A DNA stretch of 64,000 nucleotides from Octopus vulgaris (Eukaryota), in assembly GCA_951406725.2 (NCBI GenBank), contig OX597815.1, positions 200,136,001 to 200,200,000 of the forward strand, in the 5' to 3' direction. The position numbers were made by a program, and so were the translations under genes. This document shows positions 24,864 to 38,783 of this stretch, piece after piece. The notes beneath the pieces were generated by a model, which worked only from the letters and a program-made list of their open reading frames with translations, was not told the origin of the DNA and ran no database searches. How positions within the stretch are numbered: position 1 is the first letter of the stretch; each line of letters opens with the position of its first letter.

Positions 24864-25755
24864 AATAATAATAATTATAACAATAATAATAATAATAATC
24901 ATAATAATAATAATAATAATAATAATAAGAAGAAGAAGAAGAAGAAGAAGGAGAAGAATCATGTTAGATAATGTGCGATAAGCCTATGACAGCGGCGATA
25001 ATATGAAACGAGCAAGTGACAATGCCGTCAACCGTTCAATGAATGCATCGATTACTTTGCACCTGATGGCTCATGTAGGTGCTGAAACCATTCAACCATG
25101 AAGATCTCTAAATTGTCTCATTTTCACATTCAAACTAATTTGTGAAATTTATAAAACGGAATTGAAAAAAAAAAAAAAAAATGGAAAGGAGAAAAGAATC
25201 GAAAGCTAAAATCAAAATATGAAAAGTAAAATAAAGATAAAAACTAAAATATTTCAGAGAAATTAAACATTTCTAATTGAACTAAATGCACTGGTTCGGT
25301 GATATAGTTCTAACAAATTTAGTGAATCGTAGACTTAGTGATTTAAACGTTGTTTTGTCTGCACCACGTACCTTCGAGCTAAACGTGACCATATTTCCAG
25401 ACTTGAGTTGCTTTAAATTAAATTTCCAGTGCATAAGCTATTTTCATATATTCCTTCTCTATTCCAATACATATGCACTTACGATTTGTTACCGAGCTTA
25501 AATACTACTTTTCGTTCTCCATGCAGAGATACAGATCAAAAAGTCTGGTCGGCAGAGAGTAGATGTAAATTTGATTTAATGAAATCAATCGTAATGCTTT
25601 TAATGAATACTGATTAACATTCCAGACAGAAATCTGATTCATTAATTATATTTCACGTATAGTTTTTGTTATTGTATGTTCTGGGTTCCGATTTTGAAAG
25701 TGTAGCACTTGTCTATCACGACTCATAGAACGACGCAATACGTACTAGTCATTGT

Positions 25756-26144
25756 GGAAGCACTCCGTCGGTACGACGACGAGGGTTCCGGTTGATCCGA
25801 ATCAACGGAACAGCCTGCTCGTGAAATTAACGTGTAAGTGGCTGAGCACTCCACAGACACGTGTACCCTTAACGTAGTTCTCGGGGATATTCAGCGTGAC
25901 ACAGAGAGTGACAAGACCGGCCCCTTGAAATACAGGTACAACAGAAACAGGAAGTAAGAGTGAGAGAAAGTTGTGGTCAAAGAGTACAGCAGGGATCACC
26001 GCCATCCCCTGCCGTAGCCTCGTGGAGCTTTAGGTGTTTTCGCTCAATAAACACTCACAACCCCCGGTCTGGGAATCGAAACCACGATCCTATGACCGCG
26101 AGTCCGCTGCCCTAACCACTGGGCCACTGGGCCACTGCGCCTCC
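25756..26144 (-). mobile_element. SINE S3, full-length
   Basis: 13-bp TSD ACGTACTAGTCAT at 25740-25752 and 26145-26157. Confidence 0.93.
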
Positions 26145-26333
26145 ACGTACTAGTCATACGCTAACATAGGTTAGGTTTATTGAAAATAAATCAGATTTAT
26201 TGTAAACGTTGACGATATTTCATTTCTCCGTTATTATACTCCCGCCTGAAATCTTAATCCCTCCATATCTGGCTTCACAGACAATGACGTGCACAGCTTC
26301 TGTTTATTTAGCTGTATGCGTGTGTACAAAGCA

Positions 26334-26808
26334 AGGCAGCTCAGCTGCCAGAAACGTTAGCACGCCGGGCGAAATGCGTAGCCGTATTACGTCTGTCGTT
26401 ACGTTTCGAGTTCAAATTCCGCCGAGGTCGACTTTGCGTTTCATCCTATCGGGGTCGATAAATTAAGTACCTATTTCTTTATTACCCATAAGGGGCTAAA
26501 CACAGAGAGGACAAACAAGGACAGACATAGGACAGACATGGACCCCAGTGCGTAACTGGTACTTAATTTATCGACCCCGAAAGGATGAAAGGCAAAGTCG
26601 ACCTCGGCGGAATTTGATCTCACAACGTAACGGCAGACGAAATACCGCTAAGCATTTCGCCCGGCGTGCCAACGTTTCTGCCAGCTCGCCGCCTTGCACA
26701 ATAATTAAGTACCAGTTACGCACTGGGGTCGATGTTATCGACGTAATCCCATTGTCTGTCCTTATTTGTCCCCTCTGTGTTTAGCCCCTTGTGGGTAGTA
26801 AAGAAATA
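26334..26808. mobile_element. S1 SINE (+) interrupted by an S1 SINE in the opposite orientation (about 26471-26694)
   Basis: AATTAAGTACC is duplicated on both sides of the inverted copy. Confidence 0.85.
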
Positions 26809-27454
26809 TATTTTCAATCATTCTGGTCGAGTGGCGATTAAAATTACTGCCGCATTTTGCTGGGAAAATAAAACTGCTTGGAAGCTAAAGATTTTGAAAC
26901 GATACACGAAACGTCTTAGTTTGTTTTATTAATCAGTCTTGTAAATAGTGAAAGTATGAATGCAATACATTTCTCAAGATACTCAAACGTTGATGAATTT
27001 TCTAAAACGTATTTATAAAAGTCTAATATGCACCAATTGGCTGCAGGTCAATGTTTTGGACCACAGCCGTTAATATAACAAGCAAAATGCATACCGTAAT
27101 TTATATTCATTTTCCTTCTGGAAATACATCCAAATCCTTTGGAGTTTGGCTTTGTTTTCCATCCTTTCTCGGGAAAAAAATAAGAAATAAGTACCTAATA
27201 ACAACGAAATCTATTAGATTAAGCAGACTTAAGCTTTTAAGAATATTTTACCTTGCGCCAACTGAAGTATTTTAAAGAGATTATCAATGTTGTGAAAGAC
27301 GTGTTTCGGAGAACAAAATATATACCCTCGGTAAGCCAAAATGAGAGTGCAGATAATTGCCAGTAAATACTATTAACCATTATAGAAGCTAACATATTAT
27401 ATCGTGGACGCCCGTACGTTTTGTGTGCTCATGTAAAACAATTGCAAAGCACAG

Positions 27455-27864
27455 GGATCTTTTCGGTTTGAACGGCAGTTTTTTCTAGCGGTGTCATATG
27501 AAATTGTCACCCATAATTATGACCCTAGTATCGATCTATTGCATTTCAATCTGTTTTAGAGTTAGGGGTGGGGTGAAGGGTATCTTTTTTCTTCAGAAAT
27601 GTAAATAAACCCAATCTGTTTCTTAAACGTGGAATATATTCATACGGCACAAAATGTTTTCGCCGGAACAGACGTATCTGATTGGTTGAAATTGTAGAAA
27701 TTGAAGAAAAAGAACAACAAATATCTTGCAAACTATAGAATTTTCTCAATGAAGCCAAGAGAAAAAGATGTTTTATAAACACATTCTATCAGTATACGAA
27801 GTTTAAAAGTGTTTAGTTACATGGAAAATATGTTAAAAAACTGCCGTTCAAACCGAAAAGATCC
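27455..27864. mobile_element. MITE, probably Merlin superfamily
   Basis: About 30-bp TIR GGATCTTTTCGGTTTGAACGGCAGTTTTTT; 8-bp TSD AAGCACAG (27447-27454, 27865-27872); GG termini. Confidence 0.88.
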
Positions 27865-27920
27865 AAGCACAGTCTTTGGTATCCTTTTTTTTTTCTTCTG
27901 GTTTACTTGAGACCATTGAA

Positions 27921-28213
27921 AGCGCGTAGCTCAGTGGTTAAGGTAATCGGGTCATGATCGTAAGGTCGTGAGTTCGGTTCCCGGTTGCACGTTGTGCCTT
28001 CAGAAAGACACTTTATTTCACGTTGCTCCAAGTCCACTCATCTGGCAAAAATGAGTTACACCTGTAATCCAAAAAGCTGGCCTTGTCACATTCTGTCACG
28101 CTGAATCTCCTTGTTAACTACAGTAAGGGTACGCGTGTCTGTTAATTTCACAAGCGGGCTGTTCTGCTGTTCGGATCAGCTGTAACGCTTGTCGTCGTAA
28201 CCGACGGAATGCC
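27921..28213 (+). mobile_element. SINE with an S4-type head/core and an S3-type tail
   Basis: GCGCGTAGCTCAGTGGTTAAG head, ACACTTTATTTCACGTTGCTCCA core, GTCGTCGTAACCGACGGA tail. Confidence 0.8.
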
Positions 28214-28252
28214 ACTCACCTGAGACCAACAGATGCCCATGGTTGCACCTGC

Positions 28253-28320
28253 CGTCTACGCCTATGATTTTCAAAAAGAAGATAAGCGTCTACGCCTATG
28301 ATTTTCAAAAAGAAGATAAG
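28253..28320. repeat. Perfect 34-bp tandem duplication
   Basis: CGTCTACGCCTATGATTTTCAAAAAGAAGATAAG x2. Confidence 0.95.
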
Positions 28321-28614
28321 CACTGCCTGGAAACTGTCCGTGCAGATGTTGCCACGATAATGTATAGAACTGAATAGACTCTGTGTCCTAATGATTCTGC
28401 TAATTAACCTTCCTGAACTATTGTTCAGTTATCGAATTCAAAATGAAGAAAGGCATAGTTGAACTCAAAATGCAGAGCAGGGGAACAAATACTTCAAAGC
28501 AGTTTATTCTACGGTCTAAGGACACTGCTTTGTTTTTTTGTAAAGTAATGTCATTGATAGAAGCTCTTCACCTTCTTCTTTGTAACTATAACAATAATAT
28601 GAAATTTGCACATG

Positions 28615-28825
28615 AGGTGGTCGCTGGTAGAACCATAGGGTTAAAATGCTTAGCGACATTTCATCCGTCTTTATGCTCTGAGTTCAAATTCCGTCGCAGT
28701 CGACTCTGCCTTTCTTTCTTCCGGAGATCGATAAAATAAGTACCAGATGAGCAAGGGGGGTCGCTGTAATCGCCTTACCCCATCCCCTGATCTTGCTGGC
28801 TTTGTACCAAAATTTGAAGTCAATA
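28615..28825 (+). mobile_element. SINE S1 (older subfamily)
   Basis: S1 core. Confidence 0.75.
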
Positions 28826-30878
28826 TCTAATTTACACTTAATTCCTTGGTTTTCAATGTTGACTTAAAAACCGCAAAACATTCTAAGTAAATTATATATT
28901 TTTTTCATTTGTTGTATGGAATGAAAATTACATATAGACACCGACTTTATTGGATTTCGAAAACAATCTCATTTAGAGCAATTTTATTTAATTTCAATTA
29001 GGAAACTAACCACATTTAAGAAATGTTTAATTAGCAATTCGTTTGTTTTCAAATGATGTTGTTTTACCTATAAAATATATCATAATGGTGCCGTGGAAAA
29101 AGCGGCAGAAATAGTTGAAAATCGAGCTAAAATGTTACTTAACAACTTGAGTTCAAATCATATGGAGACCAACTTTGTGTTTCCTTATTTGTGATTTTTA
29201 GACGGTGAATATCATTTATATGCTGTATTCGGTGCAGTGGGATATACCATGCTGTTGCGCACATCTCTCTGGAAGGGATGAAAAAATGATCATACATATG
29301 GTCGCAACTTTGTATGAAAAAGCTGTTGTTATGTATCCTAATGTCAGTTATGATTAAGCCACGACACTTTACGTGGTATTTCGACCTTCTGGAATTTGAT
29401 GAAGTTTTAATACGCTAGATCAAATGGTTACGGATCTTTATCGAATTTTACTTTACGGTCTCAAATATGTATTACAAATACTGGAACTCTTATAAAAATA
29501 ATTGTTACCTATTATTTGCCCACTGATTGTCTTTATATTCGGTAAAAATTTTATAAATTTTAAAATTAAGAGGAATAAATAATCATTCCTCTCTTAAAAT
29601 AGTATCAAAAGGTGTTTTAACACAGGCAGAAATTACTGGTTAATTTTCACTAAGAGCACAAAATTTATTTAATATTTGTGCATTTCTGAATTGTATTAAC
29701 CGTACAATGTTACTAACTGAACATTGAAACTGGTCGCTAACCACCCAGACAATTTTGTAATTCCGTGAATATATGAATTCACATTGGCAGTTAGAATTTC
29801 TGCGACGGTTATTAGTCAGCTAGAAATGACCAAGAAAACAAAAAACATTCATTAAAATTTCTTAATTAGTGTAATTATTTTTGGGGTATTGATTTAAAAA
29901 AAAGTACTTTCATTTTGAATATTTTGATAATTAGTTAAAATATTTTTATTTTGTTATCTATTAAAGCTATAATTAGTCTTTTTTCTGACTAGATAATAAA
30001 GATTATTTTCCCCTTGGTAATTTCCTAGCCAGGACACATACGCGCCCGCATACGTTATGAACTATTCATATATGCACGCATTTATGTGACCATGTACGCA
30101 TATATTATGAATTTCATCTGAGGAAAAGAAATTCGATCGATCATATCTAATTGTCGTTAGTTGCTAGAATGTGTGTCATATGAATAAAACTAATACAGTT
30201 GAAGCTTAGTGGTTGATGGAGTAAATTGCCAAGGATGTACTTCTATAGAGATTTTATATGTTAATAAATGGCAATATTAAATTATCCGACTGTGTATACC
30301 GAAAATTTAGGTAACGTTGTGGAAACCTATGATTAACGATATTCCAGCTTTCACATTCCCGTCATTCCCGTCTATTTTCAGGGTTAAGACAAGATCCTTC
30401 TCTTTTGTCTGTTCTCTAGATCTTCAAGATATAGAATATGTAATTTGGAAGAAATGTATTCTTCTAGTTACTAAATTTGCGACCACTTAAAGGTTACCGT
30501 GTCGGAATATGTATTTAAGGTGGTATACATGTGCTGATATAAATTGAAGTGTTAAGGTGAATTTGTTCCATCGTTCTTTCTGCAGTCGGTCGTGGAACCT
30601 TTTGGTTCGTTGGAAAATCAGTAACAGTGTCCTGACTATGGCATAATTCTAAGGTTCGTCAGCCTAACATATATCAAACATGTCCAACTTATTTCATTAC
30701 TCTATAAACCAAACGAAATACTGTTAATTTATTAAATATTCTATATACTTATTACGCGAGGTCTTACTTATAAGTAATAAGTATATATTACAGTTCTATA
30801 TTTAAGAGATGAAGAATTATGTACATTATTTACATTATTTACATTTGACGTATATTTGTCCTCATCTTGTTTGTTGTT

Positions 30879-30914
30879 AACACAACGTTTCGGCTCAAGC
30901 CTTCATCATGTGTC
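30879..30914 (-). ncRNA. Minimal hammerhead motif (C3 altered)
   Basis: GACAC-ATGATGA-AGGCTTGAGCC-GAAACGTT-GTGTT. Confidence 0.65.
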
Positions 30915-30964
30915 TTAGGGGAAATTTCCAATCTGGGTTCTCAATCTCTGAAGGTATTTTTCTA

Positions 30965-31017
<53 letters not shown>

Positions 31018-31129
31018 TCACTGTCTGGAATCGAACTCGGAATCTTGGGGTTAGCATCCCGCGCTCTTAACGGTCATATGCTCTTGGGCATAACTTATGA
31101 ATGAGAACCCAAGTTCGAAATTTTTCCGA

Positions 31130-31175
31130 GACACCAGATGAAGGCTGGAGGTTATATCAGCCGAAACGTTGTGTT
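31130..31175 (+). ncRNA. Minimal hammerhead motif (U4 altered)
   Basis: GACAC-CAGATGA-AGGCTG..CAGCC-GAAACGTT-GTGTT. Confidence 0.7.
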
Positions 31176-31340
31176 AACAACAGACAAGATGAGGACAAAT
31201 ATCTGTTAAATGTAAACAATGTAAATAATGTAAGTATGTATTGTATAAATTTCTGCCTTTGAAATTTAAATATTTTGAGATAATAAAAAGAAAAGGGCAC
31301 CGGATGCGTGATATGAACTAGCAACATTACAATCGGTAGA

Positions 31341-31524
31341 AGGCGGCGTGCTGGAAGAATCTTTAGCATATCGGACGAAATGCATAGCGGTATTTCGTCC
31401 GTCTTTACGTTCTGAGATCAAATTCCACCGAGGTTGACTCTGCCCTTCATCCCCTCAGTGTCGATAAAATAAGCACCAATCGAGTACTGGGATCGATGTA
31501 ATCGACTATACTCCTCCTCACCAA

Positions 31525-31559
<35 letters not shown>

Positions 31560-31600
31560 AATAAAATAACAGCTGGCCTTGTGCCAAAATTTGAAACCGA
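31341..31600 (+). mobile_element. SINE S1 (older subfamily) with an internal (AAAT)n
   Basis: S1 head, core and tail. Confidence 0.8.
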
Positions 31601-32284
31601 TATTATGATCGCTAGTTTTGATATTCAATCAATTCAGCCAACATAATTCCTTAGTATACGCTAGTAAAAACTGAAGTCGGAAATAGAGAAATCTAATCAG
31701 TGTAGATCTTTTTAAAATCTCTATCTGATTAAATTGATCGATGATAAGATCTTTAAATCTACCATCCTATTTCATTGATAGAGACATCATTGCAAAATGT
31801 TTTTCTAGCGCTTCTACAAACAGTCAACGACCGGAACTTGCGTATTTTGAACGCATGTTTTTGTTTAGGAGGGAGATAAGCAGCCTTCTCTCTGATCGAA
31901 TAATCTATTGCATTAGAATGGCCAATACAATTCTTATTGATGACTGCCGGAGATAAATATTGCCTAGAAAAACGGATTCAGCGGATCTCTCTGTTAGATT
32001 TGGAGAATTTTCTTGTCAGCGAATCTTTAGTTTATTTTTCTAGTTTTTATAATATTCTTTAGTCAGAGTTGTATATGAAGAATGTTGCAATCGCCTGAAT
32101 TGATTGGATATCATAATCTCACCGAAATTGCCAATGTTTATAATTCGTCATCAGCTATGTGCTACGTTCATGAGAGAGACACTTCTCTCCAAAATTGTTA
32201 CTCTAGGCCTAGTTGTAACGAGGGAATAAGTGGAAATAAACCACGCAGTCGTATTCATAAGACATATCGAATACTACAACTGTT

Positions 32285-32620
32285 GAGACCCCCTTCGGTC
32301 ATGACTGACCATGGGATTGCACCTAGAAAGTTACCCTCCCAGGCATAAGTCCGGGCAAGGTTGTTTATGGAAGACCAGCAGTCGCCCATGCATACCGACC
32401 TCCCCTCTCCCCGCCACCAGTCTTATCCAAGGGAAAGGCAAAGACCGATACAGCTTGCCACCAGTGACGTCGCAACTCATTTTTACAGCTGAGTGAACTG
32501 GAGCAACGTGAAATAAAGTTTATTGCTCAAGAATACAACACGCAGCTCGGTCCCGGATTCGAACTCACAACCTCACGATCGTAAGCTCGACGCTCTAACC
32601 ACTGAGCCATGCGCCTTCAC
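32285..32620 (-). mobile_element. SINE family S4 (tRNA-derived)
   Basis: Head GGCGCATGGCTCAGTGGTTAGAGCG..GAGTTCGAATCC; core shared with 27921-28213; distinct tail. Confidence 0.85.
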
Positions 32621-33384
32621 ATGTACACTACAAATGTAAGGTATTAGTATTAGGTAACAAATTAAATATATATACTTCAAATATTACTAGTATGGGCTTC
32701 GCATATCTAATTTTCTTTGGATATTAAAGTATTAAAATGGAGTTCTTATAAGTTATATATCAGCTTACGAAGAAATTATAAGCTATACTAGTATATGAGA
32801 AAAATAGCATATGGCAAGTAATATTCATATATTTTACTACAGTCGAATAGCAAAAATTGCATTCAAATCATTTACTTAGTAAAAATATATTATATGAAAA
32901 TATTTGATATAGTAATTTGTAGAAGAGTCGTATTAAGAAATTGAAGGAGAAGATGCGTTACTGGTCTTGAATTTCATACTTTTGCGTTAGAGGCTATGGA
33001 TTAATCCGATAGTAGCACAACATAATACAATATAAGACTGCTTAATTTAGCCAGCAGGGTTGAATAAAATGTCTCCCTCGAATTAGCGACAAGAATACCA
33101 CTACCACCAACCCTTTAGTGAGAAATTAAGGATGTAGAAATGTTCATATTCCTAGCTTAGGCCTCTTCTTCAAAAAGTTAGATAATTAGAAGGAAAAGTT
33201 TACTGGAGGGGAAATAAGAGTAACGATGTAACATGCGATGCCTTGTAGCAAGTCACGTTTGATTTAGTTGAGGTCGAATGGCCGAAAATATTAATGAAAA
33301 AATTATGCTTCATGCGATCAGAAGCAATATGTACGTTCATACATACATAAATAAATACATGCACACGCATATATATTTATTTAT

Positions 33385-33443
<59 letters not shown>

Positions 33444-33445
<2 letters not shown>

Positions 33446-33879
33446 TATTATATTAAATTAGAGATAAAACCACTATTAGGCAAATCAAACAATGAAAAAC
33501 ATAAGCCAATACATAAAATTAATTAATTTATATTATTTTAAATATATATCAAAAGTATTAAAAGTTTAATAAAAGATAAAGAGTAAAACACTACGATCGT
33601 TTCATGGCTGTACAATTCGTAATAACTCGAATTAGTACAGCCATGAAACGATCGTAGTGTTTTACTCTTTATCTTTTATTAAACTTTTAATACTTTTGAT
33701 ATATATTTAAAATAATATAAATTAATTAATTTTATGTATTGGCTTATGTTTTTCATTGTTTGATTTGCCTAATAGTGGTTTTATCTCTAATTTAATATAA
33801 TATAATATTTTACTATAAAATTGGATTTAATCCTAAATCTGATTTTTCCATGTAAGTTTGGATTTATTCCCTAATATTT

Positions 33880-33884
<5 letters not shown>
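33444..33884. mobile_element. Fold-back element in (TA)n: apparently perfect 170-bp arms (33444-33613, 33635-33804) plus an unpaired extension
   Basis: Arms read as exact reverse complements; contain an HHR 3' half GAAA-CGATCG-TA at 33645-33656; same family as 38671-39028. Confidence 0.9.
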
Positions 33885-33940
<56 letters not shown>

Positions 33941-34118
33941 CAATAATAATAAAGGGTAAAATTAATTAATTGGTAATTAATAATTCCACCAAATAGTATT
34001 CAGCATGTTAAAAGGACCATTTACGGTAAACTTAAACAATATTTTTTATAATTATGAGTATAATTATAATTTGGGTTCAGCAAGAAATTTGCTTAACCAC
34101 ATATCGAACTTTAAAAAT

Positions 34119-34206
34119 CAACTCACGTAGGCATAGAGGAAAGAACCACGAAAATTCACTCAGCATTTGATTATCGTGGTTTTTTTCGCTATGCCTACGT
34201 GGGTTG
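34119..34206. repeat. Inverted repeat
   Basis: CAACTCACGTAGGCATAG.GGAAAGAACCACGA versus TCGTGGTTTTTTTCGCTATGCCTACGTGGGTTG. Confidence 0.8.
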
Positions 34207-34349
34207 TCTTGAGTATAATATGTTGTCTGGGAGTTGCTTCTTATAGTAGAAGAAATAGGTAAGTTTTTTTGTCTGCTATTTACTAATACATTTGTTTGTT
34301 TCGTACACTACCTGTCTTCGTCTTTTGCTTTTTAATCGTAACTCTCCCC

Positions 34350-34403
<54 letters not shown>

Positions 34404-34417
34404 TGTATGTATGTATG

Positions 34418-34448
<31 letters not shown>

Positions 34449-34869
34449 CAATCATAGCTCCACCCACGTTACACGAGTAAAGCTATTGCCAAAACGTTTT
34501 ACTGAAATGGTTTATTATTGATGCCATCTGATGCCCTTATGCGTGTTTTAATGCCAGCCAAAGTTTTACACATTATATTACATACTGCGAGAATCTACTG
34601 GCTGGCACTCTCTTAACATGTATTTTTGGACCTCCAACTGAGAAGCACACCCTTCTACATTTTACACATGTTCTGTTGTGAAATTAATAGTTACATCACT
34701 GTTTATCATAGGTCGATTCTTGTGAGATTTTTGATGGCTGACCCGGCCTGCACGACTCACACACATCCTCCCACAAACCACACACACGCTCTCTCACTCT
34801 CCACAGGTTCCCTCCTTCTTAGCCCCCTCTTAATTCTCTCATACATCACTCTCTCTATCCTGAACCTCA

Positions 34870-36640
34870 AATAACCACTATACACTGTCTTCCTCCATCA
34901 ATCCCGGTCTTGTGCCCCTTTCTTCCAATCACCAACTGCAATTCCTGTCTGTATTAGAGCATCTTAAGGTAATCCTTAAACCTTAGTTTAGGTTTATGCG
35001 CTGATCTCCAGCCGTCTTCCAGCTCACCATATAATAACTGCTTGGGCAGTCTCTCATCACTCATCCTGACCAGATGTCTCCACCACTTAAAACGTCTTTG
35101 CAGAACTATTGACTCAGTATTTCTTCTGCCACTCCTCTCAAGCACTTCCACATTACTAATGACCATTTTTCCAGTTTATCCCCCAATTTTTTCTTTGACA
35201 GTATTGATGGTATCGCTCCAGTTGTCTTACATGCCTACGGTAGATAATCTATGCCACACTTCCATATAGCAAAGATAGCAGGAAACACGTATTATATACC
35301 TTAACTTTCATTTGTGGAAGTGTAATTGTATTGATAGATGAATTAAAACCTGATATAAGTCCTTATCCTGTTTGATGCACTTCTCTTGCAACTGTCTAGC
35401 TGAAAATATCATATCCATAAACCCACATTGCGATTCTGGTAGAACCTCATCAGCAACGTGCAGAAGCAACCTGTGCAGCGTTGCCCTACAGCTACAAGAC
35501 AGATGCCACGATATTTATCACAGACATTCTTCCCATCTTTCAATTTATATATTATCTCCATATCTCATCACTCCAATACGGAGGAATCTCTTCACTATGG
35601 TAAATCTTCTGAATCACATCCGTCAACATTGTATAGAGATAATCACCATCATATTTATATATCTCTGCACCTAGTCCATCCATACCAGGGGCCTTTCCAT
35701 TGTTCAATTTCATGATTGCCGCTTTTATTTCAGCCAAGTTTGGAACCTTTGCTAAAAGATGTTTTGTTGGTCTCTAAGGTATATTATCAAGAAAAGAGAA
35801 GTCAAATTCAGTTAGTCTATTGAGCATCTCATCAAAATACTCTTTCCATCTCCCAACAATATCTTTATGATTTGTTAGTAATTCTGTACCATCCTTGCTC
35901 CGAAGTGGCGCAATCGTTGATGATGCTGGTCCATAAACCTTTTCAAGAAAGAGTAAAAATGTTTGGAATTGTTTACATTTGAAGCTTCTTGGATTTCATC
36001 GCATCTATCACTCCACCAATTTTCCTCCATCATCCTCAGCTTCCTCTGCATTGTTTTTTTTTACTGCCGTGAAATATGTAGCAAATGTCCTGTTCACTAA
36101 CATGTCAACATTTTGCAACTTGTTAAATGCCTTTCGCTTTTCCTCTAAGAAAAGACTAATTTCTTCATCATTATCGTCAAACCAATCTTGGTTCTTTTTT
36201 ACAGCAAATCCAAGAATGTTACTACAAACCTCATATACTCTTTCTGTGAAAGACTTCCAACTTCCATCACCGGATAAATTATTTATCTCACTCACAAACT
36301 CATTGAGTTCTGACGGTATCTTAAGTTTATTGACATCAATCCGTTTAGGTAACTTGCCATTATTTATTCTAACCTTAGGCTTGACAATAAAATTCACATT
36401 GGCACGCAAAAGCCTATGGTTGTTGCAACACTCTACACCACGAATCACTCGTACGATAGCAAAGTGTCCCTATTATCTCGTTTCCTGGTGATGATGTAAT
36501 CTATAAGATCTCATTTCTTAGAACCAGGGTGCATCAATGTCGTTTTGTACTCATTTCTTAGTTGAAACGTTGTCTTCATGACACACAAATCAATCTCTAC
36601 GCACATTTGTAACAGTAGCAAACCATTACTGTTGGAACTC
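34870..36640 (-). mobile_element. Decayed RTE (BovB-like) LINE with an internal deletion of most of RT
   Basis: NSNGLLLLQMC, YKTT.MHPGSK, KNQDWFDDND, KAPGMDGLGAEIYK, VLPESQCGF, HLVRMSDERLPKQLLYGEL..KPKLRFKD; multiple stops and frameshifts. Confidence 0.9.
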
Positions 36641-37008
36641 CCAGCATCTTTCATTGTTTGGTTGGGCATCTTTAGGCTTCGGCCAGCTATGTACATACAT
36701 ACATAGATGTATGTATCAGTAGCGCTCAAGAGCAACCTGACATAACCTCATTTTCTCTCTCTCTCTCTCTCTCTCTCACACATACACACACACATATATA
36801 TATATAACCGCAATCATGTTTACAGGGGATGTGGATTCAAGGTAACCTTCAACTGTTTCTATCCAAAATGCTTTTAACTCGTTATAATATATAACTTTGT
36901 CTGCTTTGAGTTTCACCGTTCCAGAACTAAATATGTTTACGTTCTCAAATTTTCTAAACCCTCACGTCATCAACAATATAATATAATATATATGTATATA
37001 CACACACA

Positions 37009-37112
<104 letters not shown>

Positions 37113-37380
37113 ATTCTTAGCAAGGCACCTGTAGATATTTATGAGCTCTGGGGGAAATACACTTACTGCCTACCGAAATGAAAGTCTATATTTCGTTTTG
37201 TCTGTCTCGTTCATGGTCACAAATTATAACGTATCTCCTCTTAGTCATACCCCGGGTATTCTCTACTGTTCCTACATGGTGGTAACATGTAGTAACCAAT
37301 GCAAACAAAAGAGATAAAGAGAAGATAATGCAACAATATCACAGCATTTTTATATCTTTGGATCAGTTAACAAGAACCAG

Positions 37381-37539
37381 ACGACTAGAAGTTGAACACC
37401 TTCTAGCAGCACTTGCAGCACACTATTCGTATTGTGAAAGTTCCAACTAATCCTTAGCTCTCTAGGGTTCTCACAGTTCTTTTTAATGTTGAAAAAGGTT
37501 CTTTTTCATGATGAACATATACTTGATGATATTGTGTAT
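37381..37539 (+). repeat. Inverted, internally deleted copy of 40092-40350
   Basis: GTTGAACACCTTCTAGCA..GTGAAAGTTCCAACTAATCCTTAGCT and GATGAACATATACTTGATGATATTGTGTAT match the reverse complement of 40092-40350. Confidence 0.85.
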
Positions 37540-37788
37540 TTATTTCGACAACGCAAGCAAGAGCTGACTGTTCGTCAACAGAGAAATTAATAAACCTATA
37601 TTTAAAAATAAAAAAACAAAAACAAAACAAAACAAAATAAAATATGACTTAAAGAAATCCAAAACAAACAAAGACAGAGAATAGCATTATAGTTTATATT
37701 ATGAATACAGCAATATATACATACTGCGAAATCTAATAACTAATAATTCCTCTCACATTTTTATTCCGATGACGTCAAAGATCAATCG

Positions 37789-38324
<536 letters not shown>

Positions 38325-38421
38325 CAAGCGCTGAAATGCTAAATAGAAGAGAATTTAAAGAGAGACATGTTAGAATATACCATAATGAGAAAGACGTAAT
38401 TATTCAATATAAAATTTTTGA

Positions 38422-38482
<61 letters not shown>

Positions 38483-38575
38483 TTATCTATCTATCTGTTT
38501 GTCCGTCTGCCTGTCTGTCTATCTATCTCTCTATGTGTCAGTCTATAGCAGCCAATCTCTCTTTTAATAAATGAA

Positions 38576-38670
<95 letters not shown>

Positions 38671-38673
<3 letters not shown>

Positions 38674-38747
38674 TTAGGAGGAAATCCAAACTTACAGGGA
38701 AAAATTAGATTTAGGATTAAATCTAATTTTATAGTATAAATAAATAA

Positions 38748-38783
<36 letters not shown>

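Larger units (their letters stand above)
30822..31233. mobile_element. Inverted-repeat element with an HHR in each arm (arms about 30822-30945 and 31100-31233)
   Basis: Arms are reverse complements; spacer has (TTA)n and a tRNA-like fragment. Confidence 0.8.
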
